Part shown: positions 14,041 through 27,134 of the stretch, one piece after another
How the letters are laid out: every line of letters starts with the position of its first letter
How positions within the stretch are numbered: position 1 is the first letter of the stretch
DNA from: Ruditapes philippinarum
Taxonomy: Eukaryota
Assembly: GCF_026571515.1 (NCBI RefSeq)
Contig: NW_026861391.1
Span: forward strand, 372,001 to 436,000
Length of the DNA stretch: 64,000 nucleotides
Direction: 5' to 3'
Position numbers and translations under genes: made by a program
Notes under the pieces: generated by a model
Told to the model about the DNA's origin: nothing
What the model saw: only the letters and a program-made list of their open reading frames with translations
Database searches by the model: none

Positions 14041-14459
14041 TATTCAGCGTTACTTTCTTTAGTTGTTAAACATCTAACAAACTCTAAATCCATTTAAAAA
14101 CATTGATAAACACATAATTGACATTTCATTAGGAAAAAAAATATGGATTTGAGGTACAATAAAAATATGGATTTGAGGTACAACGTGCCTTCAGAAAGTC
14201 AAAGGGACGTTAGTATTCTGAAAACTTTAAACTTTGAAAGAGGAAGTGACCGATTCGTTTATGTTTGTAATACACTTGTACACTAAATATAGTCAAAGGG
14301 AAGTAAGTCAACATATTAACATGCACATATTAAGTCCCATTGTAAGACTTGGAAGTAAAGCAGCTCGAATTCGCTACTTTTATATTCTTTTCATTATACC
14401 AAAATTACAAAAAAATACAAATATTCTTGTCGTTCATGTCTTTATTTGTGACATTTAAA

Positions 14460-15720
14460 GAATACAGTCATGAATTTCATCCCCAAGACAACGTGTATCA
14501 AAATTAACATACCAATATTGACAATAACGATCTTCTTCAGGAAGACCAACATGACGTCCTGCTTCAATTAAAAGCCTATGACTTCAACAACGGAATTTTG
14601 CAAATGCTTTCTTTATATAAAATGGTAGATTAATACATAAAAATCTTTCAGGATTTAACATAGTTTTGAATTGTTTATATGTATCACAACGCGACGAATC
14701 ATTTATTTGTTGATACCAGTTTTGCAATTTACAATCAACAAGTCTTTGTTTAAAGCAATACAGAAACACATTATTATCACCAAATGTTTGGTTTAACCAG
14801 ACAAATCCAAAGCCATGTCTATATAACAAATTTCTAATAGAAGCTGTCCTATTAATTCCTGTTATTTCAACATCAAATAACATTTTTTGGGTATCTATTA
14901 TCTGACAAACATAAAAGTGTGACCCAGTATTTTATACACTTAATATGATAGTAAATACACATTAGAAGTCTACCACATTTTGCCAAAGCTGCACAATCAT
15001 TTACAGAAGTATTAATACCCAGTATATCTTTAAAGCATGAATATTAAACCTGAACTTGCTCTAACATATCCAAATATTCAGTACCATATATTTCCGCACC
15101 ATAAATGGGAATAGGTTTGACCATTGAATCAAATAATTTAAAATATTCATTGTGTGAAAAATATTCAAAAGTTCTCTGGTAAGATTTAATAGCAAAAATA
15201 GATTTTTTGACTGACTTGTGCAGCAAGGTTCGTTTTTGCTTTAAACCAAGAAAGTTTCGGTGTGAATAATAATTTTATATATTTGTAACAAGATGTAATA
15301 ATTACAGGTACACCATTATGTCAGCAACGTCTGTATGACCGTAATCTACCGTCATTTCTAAACACAATTATTTAGGTTTTCGACTGATTTATAGTCATTC
15401 CAGTATTATTACAAAATTCTGCAATGGTATTTAATTGTAATTAAATTTCAATTGCTGTTTCGGCGCAAGTTGCAACGTAATCTGCAAAAAGGATACATAT
15501 TATATTTGATTCGTAGCAAAAATGCTTCTCGTAGGAAGCGAGATAACTCATTAATATATAAAGATTAAAAATCATTATACTAGTTACGTCCCATTGTCTT
15601 GTACAAACGCTAGCTTCTACTCTGACATTAAATACATAGATATAAGTACGCGCAAGATATATTTCCCCTTACCACGACCTGTTTTACCAATCAAACAAAT
15701 TTTAATATAATATACAATCA
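14460..15720 (-). mobile_element. Degraded non-LTR retrotransposon (LINE) ORF2, RT to C-terminus
   Basis: Minus-strand remnants TRQWDVTS (GxRQG-like), ILFADY (FADD-like), INQSKT, LFDSMVKPI.IYGAEIYG, AFAKFRC*SHRLLIEAGRH...DRYC. Confidence 0.85.
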
Positions 15721-15774
15721 AATGTCCTTTGAAAATCAACATAAAGAACAAAATATACCACCCGGTTTCCTAAA

Positions 15775-16010
15775 ATCCCTGTCACACTAGGGCGGGGTTC
15801 TCACGACGTCGTAAGAAAATTCAGATCGCCGAGGTGAGCGCAGTAAGATCGCAAACATCACCGCAGCATCGCTAAAGCATCGCAGTGGCATCGCACAGAA
15901 CGTCGACCGACGGCGCCAGGTTTGAGCATGTTCAAAACAAGATAAGAGCGCAGTGGGATCGCAGTAAGGACGCCGTAGCAACTCAGTAGCATCTCCTACA
16001 ACGTAATAGG
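15775..16010. repeat. GC-rich MITE-like fragment (possibly PIF/Harbinger-type)
   Basis: CTGTCACACT start, reiterated CGCAGT/ATCGC motifs and TTGAGCATGTTCAA palindrome, abutting the LINE remnant. Confidence 0.4.
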
Positions 16011-17059
16011 AGTAATAGGAGCGCTATGAAACATCAAAAGGAACGCCAGATGATGAATACGGCGCTTGATTTCCCGATTTTTAAATAATTTATACTTTCA
16101 CCTGTACCTCCGACTTCAAAATAGCTTTTTGTTCGTCAGTTAACTCAATCAAATCAATAATATTTAATCCTGGAAGATTATCCTTCCATAGAAATTCCTA
16201 TATGTATCGGGTTTTATATTTGATAAAAATGGTTCTACCGAATAATGAAAACCTTATTGTGTTCGACTTATATGAACAGAATATACAATATAGAACATTA
16301 TTAACTTTGAACCCTTCATAAAATGATATAAACGTTGATTAGTGCTATCCTAGATTTCAAGTTATGAATGAAGTGTTATCTTATTTTGATTTCATTTTTT
16401 ATGTTTTCGCATTCATGTTCCTTATATGAATATAATGAATGTATTTATCAACAGCCATAATTCTGATAAATGACGATTGATTTATGAGCAACTGTAAACT
16501 GCATGGTTTAGTGACCGTTATGTTGTAATAAAAAACATGAATACATACAATGTGCTGCACTCAAATGAATTTTATGGAATAAAATTACAACTGTAGTGTT
16601 TTACTACATTTTTTTGACAGATTAACGTGGAGATCTGATACGCTCAAATAAAAAAGCACCAAAAAGATGGAAAATAGTAAACAAAACAAATTTCGCTTGT
16701 AAGAACAAAAATGTACACATGGCTTGAACTTAGTTAACAATGGACAACAGTAAGAGAGGAGAGGACATAAAGGCGCGTTACTAGCCTTATTTGAACGTCC
16801 AGTGTGCAGCAAGGAGGCTTTTATCTCAGATTGTTTTGACGCTGAGATTCATATCTTGAACCTACTGTCTATAGAGTGAGTTCTGTTACCAATAAGACAT
16901 TTGTGTGGATGGCAATTGATATAAATCAGTGAACAAATTTTGTTTCAATTTCTTTAAATAAAGACACGTTTACAATTACTTGGGTGACCATACGCCGCTT
17001 TTCACGGAATGGCAATTAGTGCCACATTTAATGTTTCATGATACCGATGTATGAACACA

Positions 17060-17234
17060 TCAGCGGATGTTTCGAAATTTAAAATTTCACTATTCTTGTT
17101 TAAAAGGTGGATTCTGCTTAAGCCGGTGCAATGGGGCGTGGACGATATCTTGCACTTTACATTACCGTCCAGGAACAGGCTCAATCAAGCCGAGCCTGCA
17201 AGATTGTCTGTTTTGCCGTTTTGGGCTTTCTTTA
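17060..17234 (+). repeat. Multi-hairpin dispersed element, copy B
   Basis: Same motif; aligns with 58792-58960 over ~170 bp. Confidence 0.85.
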
Positions 17235-18057
17235 CTAGTTCTTATGTTCTTTATTTCATGACTGAAGATGGCATTATGGTATGTGTACAAAGTTCAACAC
17301 CTTTACTTTAAAGAAAAGGCGCGTGGGCTTAGCTATTTATACGTGTTGACTGTTAAATTGAAATAAGGTAATAGGAATATTATATTACACCATAATATTC
17401 AGAATAGAAATTATCTCTGAAGTATAGGTTGCTTATAAAAAAAATATTGCGATTGTAAATTTAGAAAATAAATCAAAACATTAATTTTGCAAGTGTTTGT
17501 TGAACCCATTGCTAACGCCAAAATGTATGAACTGAGTTGTCATTGGCAACTACCACTGAGGTTAACAGTAAAAGAATTCATGAAGTTTCTCTCCCTAATT
17601 TGATTGTTTACATAAACGCGTTTTGTAATTTGTAATTTCATTACAAGATGTATCCTGTCATTTGTTAAACCATAGTGAATATTACTTTAACTAAGTAAAA
17701 TGTTTGGTTTAAAAGGCAATTGTATTTAAGGGTATGCATCTGAAAGTGATAATTCTACTTATATCGTAATAATACTTTCTATTTTATGAAATCCTTTTAA
17801 TATGTCCTTGTGTGGAACTGTTTATATTGTGTTTATATTTTCATGACAATTTTATTCTTAGGGAAGTTTAGAAAAAAAATACAAAATTAATGTTATCCTT
17901 TTTATCAATGTTTAACATCCTTATTATTGTAACTTTCAATTCCATTGGTTAAAAACGTTACTCCGAAAACTTCCTGGCCGCTCTAGTCCACACTGCTCTG
18001 ACGCAAGGCTCCTGAGACTGTATTGTCATTTATCAATTCGGTATGCACGCGTACATA

Positions 18058-19364
18058 CAAGGGACGGTCAGAAAATATCCGGACTTTTCATGCTCCTCTC
18101 TTTCCACGTGCAGCAATATACACACAATATATATTGGCAAAAGCCAATAACGTGGTCAGTTTATTTTCAATGATAGTTGTGTATACACAGTATTTTGCCC
18201 TCTGATATATGATAGGTGTTTCGTCTATCATGGACTCTTTGTTAGAGGAACAACGCTCTGTAATAAAGTTTCTGGTTGCAGAAGGTGAAAAGCCCTGCCA
18301 CATCTTTCAGAGGCTTAAAAAAGATTTTCTGATAAATGTGTATCACGTTCAGCCTTCTACAACTGGGTTTCTCAGTTTCGTGAAGGCAGAATAAGTGTTT
18401 GTGACAAGCCTAGGACTGGGCGGCCAGCTGAGGCGGTGACCCCAAAAATGGTAGCAAATGTTAAAGCTTTTGTCAACAAAAATCGTCGGGTAACTTTGGA
18501 GGAGGAAGCCAACAAGTTTAGCATCGGTTAGGCATCGGCACACAAGATTTTACACGAACACCTAGGCATGAGCAAGGTAAGTGCCAGGTGGGTGCCTAGA
18601 CAGCTGTCCGCAGATCAAAAGACAACCAGAGTAACCAATGCAAAAGAACATTAAAGTCGTTTTAACGTGAAGGAGAAGTTTTTGAACCGCATTATCACTG
18701 GAGATGAGATGTGGGTTCATTATTCCGAACCTGATACAAAAGCTCAGTCAAAGCAGTGGAAACGAGCTGGTTCCCCACCTCCTAAAAAGTTTAAGCTGTC
18801 TCCTTCGGCTGGCAAAGTAATGCTTGTTGCCTTTTGGGATTCACGAGGAATGATACTTACTCATTTCATGCCAAAAGGTCAAACTGTCACCGCCAAGTAC
18901 TATTCTGAAGTAATTCTGAAAAAATCTCAGAGAAAAGCTGAAGCAAATGCGTCCCAGGTTAGCACAGAAAAATGTCATCCTTCTTCACGACAACGCCCCC
19001 TCCCATACCGCCGCAGCTACAGTGGAGGTTATCAACTCTTACAAATGGCAATTGTTGTCTCACCCTCCTTAAAGCACAGACCTCACCCCCTGTGACTTTT
19101 ATTTGTTTCCAGAACTGAAAAAAATTGCTTGCTGGAAAGAAATATAAGAACAGGGCGGCTTTGATATCTGCTGTTACACAGTACCTAAAACATAGGTCTA
19201 CGTCATGGTTCACAGCGGGAATACAAAAGCTCCCACGAAGATGGCAAAAGTGCGTAGACGTAGGTGGAGAATATTTTGAAAAAGAGTAGAAAGATTATTT
19301 TTTTTAATGTTGAATGGTTTACGAGAATGAGTCAAAAGTCCGGATATTTTCTGACTGCCCCTCG
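18058..19364 (+). mobile_element. Full-length (~1.3 kb) mariner DNA transposon, defective
   Basis: 31-bp TIRs CAAGGGACGGTCAGAAAATATCCGGACTTTT and CGAGGGGCAGTCAGAAAATATCCGGACTTTT (3 mismatches), flanked by TA at 18056-57 and 19365-66. The TACGAGGG terminus suggests the irritans-type group. Confidence 0.95.
18230..19289 (+). pseudogene. Mariner DD34D-type transposase pseudogene
   Basis: MDSLLEEQRSVIKFL...WVPRQL...ITGDEMWVH...LLHDNAPSH...HPP*STDLTPCDFYLF...GGEYFEKE*, broken by several stops and frameshifts. Confidence 0.93.
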
Positions 19365-21519
19365 TACGTAACGATTGCAACAGACAACAAATCCAAATTA
19401 GCTACTAGTATATGGTTTTATCAAAGAGAGCACGTAGCTTTAATCTAAATTGGTTTAGGTATGCGGACATTTTATCAAGTATAATGGAAACATAAATAAG
19501 ATAAACAATGTAAATTTTTCAATGAAATACCAGTAAGATTCGATATTAAGACGGAAATTTAAAAAGAGCTTACAGAGTTTTGATTGTAAATAAAACAGTA
19601 CATAATCTTATCATTTGTCGATTCATTGAACATGAAATAAAAGGGCAAACTTTCGAAGATTTGTAAGGTTTGCGACATCACAAATAATTCAGAATTCGAA
19701 AGTAACTGACCAAGACTCATGCTAATAAACCGAGACGGAAGTTTTTATCGCTGAATTAGGGAACGCCTAATCAAGGTGCATGATATTATTCTGTTTATCT
19801 CTCTTAAAGTATAAGGTAAACTTGTTGGAGAAGTATTGTATAAAAGCAACAGCTGATCGCTTTTTTCTCAATTTTATAGAATGTTTTTCCACCGACTACT
19901 ATTTAACTCGTTTGTCGAACCGCAAGGACAATAGCTAATTTTTAATTGTTATCAGCCTTATTCGCCAACGACACGCATATACAAAAATCTGTAGCTTAAA
20001 CCATATTTATATTAAAAAAGATACTGTTACTTTAACCAGAATCTAATTTATACAAAAATGTATTTCAATAAATAATCATCGTATAATATCATGCTGTAAA
20101 AGAAAGTTAACTTTGACATGCAGTTTTCGAAAATGTTTTCGAGTTCAGTTATTTTTTTTATAATTTTAAAGGACGTATTTAATGGAGAACTGTATTACAC
20201 AAGTGCACATTTTATTTCAATGCTGTTCGTAACAAAAAGTGCAGTCAATTTAAAATAGTTTCTATTCTATAGTTGTCTCTATTAAAACATTTAATTTGTC
20301 ATCAGTGATACGCAATGAATTCTTTCGTTTAAACTAATATTTTTATGGTTGTTCCCGGTAAACATGCATTGCATCCTTATGATGATAATTTTGCTTCTTG
20401 TTGTTTCTCTGCTCTTTGATTGGATATTAAGCCCATATTAGATTTCGTTACACAAAATATATGTTTATAGCATTTTTTAAAAAGATAATTGATCAAGATT
20501 TTCTTTACTGCTACTTATTAACAAGTATACTGATACTGATTAGTAGTACTAATTGTAGCATCAATATTCCTCTGTTGTATTTATTGTGTCCTGATTTAAA
20601 TTCAGATTATTGTATTCAAGCATTGTTGATTAGGAACATTGATGAAAGTAATTATACCTCGACTTAATCTTGTCTCGAGAGACTTACGTTCTTTAATATT
20701 GTTTAAAGAAATGTCAACCTTTCTTTAAATGGTATCAACCTATATCAAAAGAATATTATTTACATTATGTTGTTTTTATATCCTTTTGGTCGATTCTCCA
20801 AACAAACTATAATACTGCTTCTAAACCGTTCAGCAATGATTTCGTATATACCATATTTGCTTCATTCGTTAAGGTTTTATGGAAGCGCTTTTTTTCAAAA
20901 TTGTTTGATAAAGGCAGCATATATATATATAGCTTTATACACTTTAAGAATGATAAAAGCAACGTTTACAATAGTTCACAATTGTATAGAGGGTAAATTT
21001 GTAAAGGGATCAAATAATATATTATTTTTTAAGATATGTGAGTGTATAACGGACATATATTTCTATCAAAGAGTATGAAAAATGAAATAAAAACAAGTTG
21101 ATAGATATAATAAGAATTTATTACATTGTTGCTTAATAAATAATACTATAAAAGAATTACTATAAATTACCTGAATAGATTATGCCCATTTGGTACAATA
21201 AATTATATGTGAAATGTAAAGATTATAGGACGGACATATAATGAGATTTTTAAACAAATAAATCAAAGTCTGAACATAATACATATTAAAAGAAGTGGAT
21301 AATGTTTTCGTAGTAGATAATTCAAGATGTAGATAATGTTGTCGAAATGCAACTCTTTGTTCTTCTTAACTTTTCCATAGCTGTCATTTCATATGTCAAT
21401 TTTCTCATTTCATTTTTCTTTTTTATTTCTATATTCCTAAACTCGACTCAAATTTTCTTCCAGATGTTCTTAAATCTTAACTAATTGAGATTCATATTTG
21501 TTTTGTTTCTAGTTATTAT

Positions 21520-22520
21520 CTAGTTCTCTGAAACTACTCTTGTGTTTGGAGACTCGGTGTCCTTTTTAGGTAAAACAGGTGTACATCCAATGGCAACAGT
21601 TTCATAAGTTCTTTCATAAAGAAAGCCGTTTCTTTCGTCACAAATTGTATTTCCATTTTCGTCATATTTCTGTTTTAAAACTTTGTATCTGTACGGTATT
21701 TCTGTACACTGAGGTGTCAGTAAGTTTTCTGCTCGTTTACTTTTACACATTTTTCTGCATTTCCTGCTACGGCTCTCCTCTTTACAGTTACATTTCCTTC
21801 GTTTCGATTGTAAATACCGAACTTTACTGCATGTACATTTAGCTGTGTTAATGATTGGAGGGTATCTGTTTGGATCGTGACTTAAAAGAAAGTAATACGG
21901 ACATAATGACCTGTCGTTTAGATTATCGCTATTATGTTTCAAAGTCCGTGAACACCTTCGATTTCCAAACGAGTGTGTTAAATTACCCCTCATTTCTCTA
22001 GCGTGTTTGTCCTGCAAACCAATCTTTTTGAAGATGCTGGGTAGTAACTGGAAAGAAGGGTGGATTGAATTTTCACCTAACCACTCTATGTATTGTTCGC
22101 GTAGATTTCTCGGAAGGGTCGAGTCATTGTTACATGAATGTGCAAATGTCAACTCCACGAATACTAGACCCTGAAAACAAAAGGGAAAAAACATTGAAAA
22201 TAATAAAAATCAAATTATTTCTAAAGCAGTTATAAAGTGAAAAAGAGAAATACAATTAATAATCATTGTGATCATATTTAGTTTTACAAATGTAAACAAG
22301 TTTGATAATGAATTTCAGAATAACCAGTTCTTTTATTAAAAAAGCACCTCAAACCAATTATATATTTGCATTTTAATTATGATAATGGAAAAAATCGTGC
22401 AGGTTTATGGGCTTACATTTAGTGACCATATTTATTGAAAATTATTATTTTGTTATTAAAAAGTTTGCAATAAATATCATGGAAAAAGTAGCATACCATA
22501 AACACTAGTGACCACAACAT
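21520..22520 (-). CDS. IL17: IL-17-like cytokine #3 with basic Cys-rich insertion (exons 22520-22497 and 22170-21520)
   Basis: Exon 1 MLWSLVFM|GTATGC, acceptor GTTTTCAG, phase 0, giving MLWSLVFMGLVFVELTFA-HSC. Motif DRSLCPY....HDPNRYP..I.TAKCTC...C..I.Y...VL...ETVAIGCT. The same exon structure is conserved in paralog #4. Confidence 0.9.
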
Positions 22521-24309
22521 ATTTTTGTTTTAATTTTAACAAACGCATTAATAGATAACCTTGGTTGCTTATCGTTTGAGCACAGTGATTTAATATAGGG
22601 TACTTATATGCGTATTTATGAAAGGATTCGACGAGTTTCCAAATTTCGGGCGAAATTACACATACATATTCATAAAAATACCATAGTAATGTCGAAATAT
22701 TCATATGTGTTCGTATAGTAAACATGTTCCGTTGAAATATTAAGAATGTCAAGGGGCATTCACCTGGTTTCTGACTTGTTTGATATCGCGATAATTTGAT
22801 AAATGTTGGCACTATATACATGTTTTATTGGTGTTTAGGAAACTATGTCGTTCATCACTCATAACAATATTCACTTTAACGAAACATTCTAATAGTATAA
22901 TGTAGGCGTTCCCAATCATGAAATCATTGACTAATGTGCGATCGTGTGGGCAAATAAATGAGCAAATGGTGTGAATAAGGAAAACAAATCTGAAATTGTG
23001 TTCAAAATACGTTTGTTTGTTTTTTTAATGTTCGTACAAAATGTCAATCTCATTGAACTAATAAATTTTGGTTTAACAACAACTAAGTAAATAATCATAA
23101 ACGGTTACCGTTTCATACTTTATAAACAGAAAATTTTTTCTTTGGTTATTTTTGAGTTTTCTTTTGTCTTGGAACTTGTAGTGTTTGTATTTCATGTGTA
23201 ACTCCTACTACTACTACTACTACTATAAACTTTATTAAGCTCAAGCCATTATAACAACCATGTGAGCATACAAACAAAAATACCTTGTGAGGTCACGTGA
23301 CAGATTGTTTGCTTAACGGGGTTGACAATAGTGATAGTGTGTTACTCCATTTAGTGTTTTAAAATTCTTGTCCGGGAATGATCCATGTTAGGCTATTGGG
23401 TGACTGAAACTTATTTAATAATCTACACTTTCTTAATAGTTATTTGAATTTTGAACAACATTAACACTATTTATTATTGTTTTTAAAAAGAATCAGAGTT
23501 AATTTATATTGTATTTGTGCAGCCTGAAGTTGATCACTGCATCGAAACCGCGCTATACCCAAAATATAGTGTAAGTAAAACCAGTGAAATTTTGAGGGAA
23601 CTTCGCGAGAAAGATAAATTAATAAATAATTGATTGCCAACGAATGGTTAGTTTAAATTTTCAGAAAATGGATATAGAATGTTTTGAAGTATCTGGAAGT
23701 TATCACCATTTTATCATAAAAGTATCAGTTTAGCTTATTTAGCAGAAGTGTCATAACCTGATAACGTCACGTGTCTTCACAGAAGTAAGACATGTAAACA
23801 TCAATTAAGTAAGAATTTGCACAATTATTGTATACAATCATCATGTGGAAAAGAAGTTCTTTTTCATAACATGATAATTATAGAGAAAAAGGATTAATTT
23901 TACTTGTATACAACTGATGAACTACATCTATGTAGGCATATTGACAAACAAGTGTAGAATGTTAATGAAAAAAGCATGACCTATATTAAATATGGGAACA
24001 AAGTGTAGTCCAAAAACAAAAGCAACTAAAACTAGAGGAGACAAGGAAAGAGGCTTGACCTACTTATAATTAACATGGAAAAAGTAGAGTAGAAAATGAC
24101 CATATGAGTAAAAATACAGTCAGTATCAATGAAGTGACAAATTGCAATAATTACATAAAAGAAGAAAACAAAGATTATAATATTTGTATAAAACTGATGA
24201 ACTACACTGACAGCAGGGACGAGGAAAGGGTAATGGAATAAGTTGAACATTACAGTATTGGTGTACAGATCCTATGACAGTATTACCATTTTTACAGAGA
24301 AAATATTCA

Positions 24310-25050
24310 TGTGATTCCTTATAGTTTAACCGTTTCTAAAATAAATATAATAAATGTACATAGCGTTTTTGACTGCATATTAAGTAGTTCTGTAAATTTA
24401 ATAGTATAACATCTATTTCAATTACATGTATAAGGTTTAATGTATAATATTCTAGTCTGATTAAAACAGGGACAGGTCATGAAATAGTGAAAATCGTCTC
24501 CTAATTCTGGGGTTCTATTCTCATTCAAACACAGTTGACATATTCTTTCATTATAGTCTATATTGTGCCACCTTCCTGTTCTACATGGGAAGTAATGATT
24601 GCCGCATGTAAATTTCATAAATGACAGCCAGTCAGACCTTTTTTTAGATTAAGTAAATAGCCCTCAAGGTCATTAACTTTTTGAAAATTGTATAATTTAG
24701 TACTTTAGTTGATATTTGCATAGAGGCATGCCAGTTTTGATAATGCTGGTCTAATAATATTTGTTTTACAATATTGACTAAATTTTTACTTTCGATGTTA
24801 TTTTGATTATTCCAAATATCATTTCGCCCTATTTCATTAAAAATGTTTTTTATAACCTTTATCCATTGTGATTCAAAATTAGGCATTTCAAGCATATATT
24901 TATATATCTGATATGATTTTTATGAGTTTATTTTGTTTTCCAGTAAGTAATTAATCATTCTAGTCTTTATGTTAATATTCAAGGGGTACAGATGTAAATA
25001 TGTAGGGTAGAAGTGATGTTAGGTATTGCTTTATGCTGAATAAATGTTGT
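24310..25050 (-). mobile_element. Degraded LINE ORF2 3' end
   Basis: KFTCGNHYFPCRTGRWHNIDYNERICQLC...LGDDFHYFMTC C-terminal zinc-knuckle-like region; upstream SQWIKVIKNIFNEIG segment. Confidence 0.8.
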
Positions 25051-27134
25051 TATTGATAAAAAGTAACACATTATTTAGGATTACATAACATGTAGAATCT
25101 AACATGTAGGGTTATTAATCTCGAAATATGGAACATTTTAAGATGCATGTGTTTCTAAACGAATCTGTCGTGTTTCGGTAAGTGAACTCAAAATCTAACA
25201 ACTACATCTACGCAATCAGTAGGCAATTATAATTTTATAAATATAGATAAACATGCAAACATATATAAACATTATAAACATTATATCAACAGAGCACATC
25301 AATAATCATATAATATATTAGACACTTATTGAACATCATAAACTTGGGGTACTGCTAAGTTCTGATATTATTCTCATTTTATTGGACAAAATTTAAAATT
25401 CAGATATTGTGAAAAATAAACTCATTAAGTTCTTACGCAAAATAAAAATAAACTGTTCACTAGAAAATGTAATGATATCTAAATGCAATGTAAATTGTAT
25501 TGTAGGAAGATGTTTTGTTAAACAGAACAAAAATATCTGAGCAATTTGATTTGAAAGTTAAGGAGTTATCATGTACATTTTATTTTAGAACTATCCTTTA
25601 CATTTCATTTTATAATGGTGAGAACTATCCTTTACATTTTAGTTTTGAATGGCCAATGAGATTACCATAATAATGATAATAATAATAATTTTATTCGGTA
25701 AAAGTGTACATGACATGGCAATGACATAATGATGCATAATGATACAATACATATAACAATAATCAAAATATTAAAGAGACTAGAAATATCACATGACATA
25801 AGTATACGACAAAATATAAATATATGAGCCACCAGATTTCATTTTGTAATTTTAAAACGACAAATGAAAACTCTCCTTATATTCAGGTTTTTCCTGTAAA
25901 TTTTACAGGAAGTCAAGCAGATTTTAGGCCGGCATAAGCAATATTATTTTACACAATGAAATCGCCGAAATATAGATTTGTGTATATAAATCAATGTTGA
26001 GATTGTAGATTTAGGAACAAAATAAACATTTATTCTGAAACTGTTTCTCGAACCCGTTGTCAGCTTCCCAGCTTCCAAATGTATGAGCTTAGTTGTCACT
26101 GGCAACTACACCGCTGCGGCTAACAGTACGAGTTACTTAAAAAAAGTTACACTAAAATTTGATCTCCATAAATTCCTGATTAGTCCATAAACGCGTTTTG
26201 TTTTTTAATCGAATTGTACCTACACAATTTAAACTGTCACTTGTTAACCATGGTGAGAATTGCTTTAACTTAGACTTGCATTGTTATATGACTGTGTTGA
26301 AGGGTATGCGTTCCAAAGTGATTGTTCTACTTATATAGTACTATTTATTTTCATTTTATTTAATCCTTATAATAAATGTTAACGGACGGTATAGTTTGTT
26401 AAATATTTGTTCTACTTTGACTTTTTTGTGTAAATTTGTGTTAATATTTTTTATGACAACGTTTTTCTCAGGGAAGTTTAGACAAAAAATACAAAATTAA
26501 TGTTATCCTTTTTATCAAGGTTTAACATCCTTAATTTTGTCACTTACAATTCCATTGGTTACAAACGCTACTCCGAAAACTTCCTGCCCATAAAAAGCAT
26601 GACGCTCTAGGACGCACTGGCTCCATAGACTGTATTGACATTAATCAAGTTAGACGTAAAGATTGCAATAGATAAATAATAGAGAAAATAGCCCGATTAG
26701 CTAGTAGTATTTGGTTTTAATCTAAGCTTTTCTCAAATAGTGCACGTAGCTTTAATCTGAAGTGGTTCAGTTATGCGGACATTTTATCAATTATAATGGA
26801 AAATTAAATAAGATCAACCATGTAAATTTTTCAATGAAATACAAGTAAAATTAAATAGTAGCAAGGAAATTTAAATAGAGGTCACACATTATTCATTCCG
26901 ATTTCTTATCCTAAATAAAACAGTGCATAATCTTACCATTTGTCGATTATGTAAATAGAAAATAATAAGGCGTTATTTCAAAGGTTTTGACGAGTTGCGA
27001 CATCACATATAATTCAGAAGAAACTGACGAAGACTTTGTGCTTCTAAAACAACAAACCAACAAAACAGGGGCGGAAGCTTTAATCACTATTAGGGAATTC
27101 CTGATCTTTGATCAAGTGGCAATATATCATTATT

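Larger units (their letters stand above)
17450..25112. repeat. Tandem segmental duplication, copy 1 (contains IL-17 #3)
   Basis: Colinear with 26000-32890, e.g. 17521-17570 vs 26078-26130, 19500-19570 vs 26810-26880, 22700-23010 vs 32380-32685, 25075-25100 vs 32865-32890. Confidence 0.88.

Noticed and set aside
22412-22429. Alternative first exon ATGGTCACTAAAT|GTAAG for #3 (and 32110-32126 for #4)
   Set aside because: Phase 1, incompatible with the first acceptor; the MLWxLVFM exon gives a better leader.
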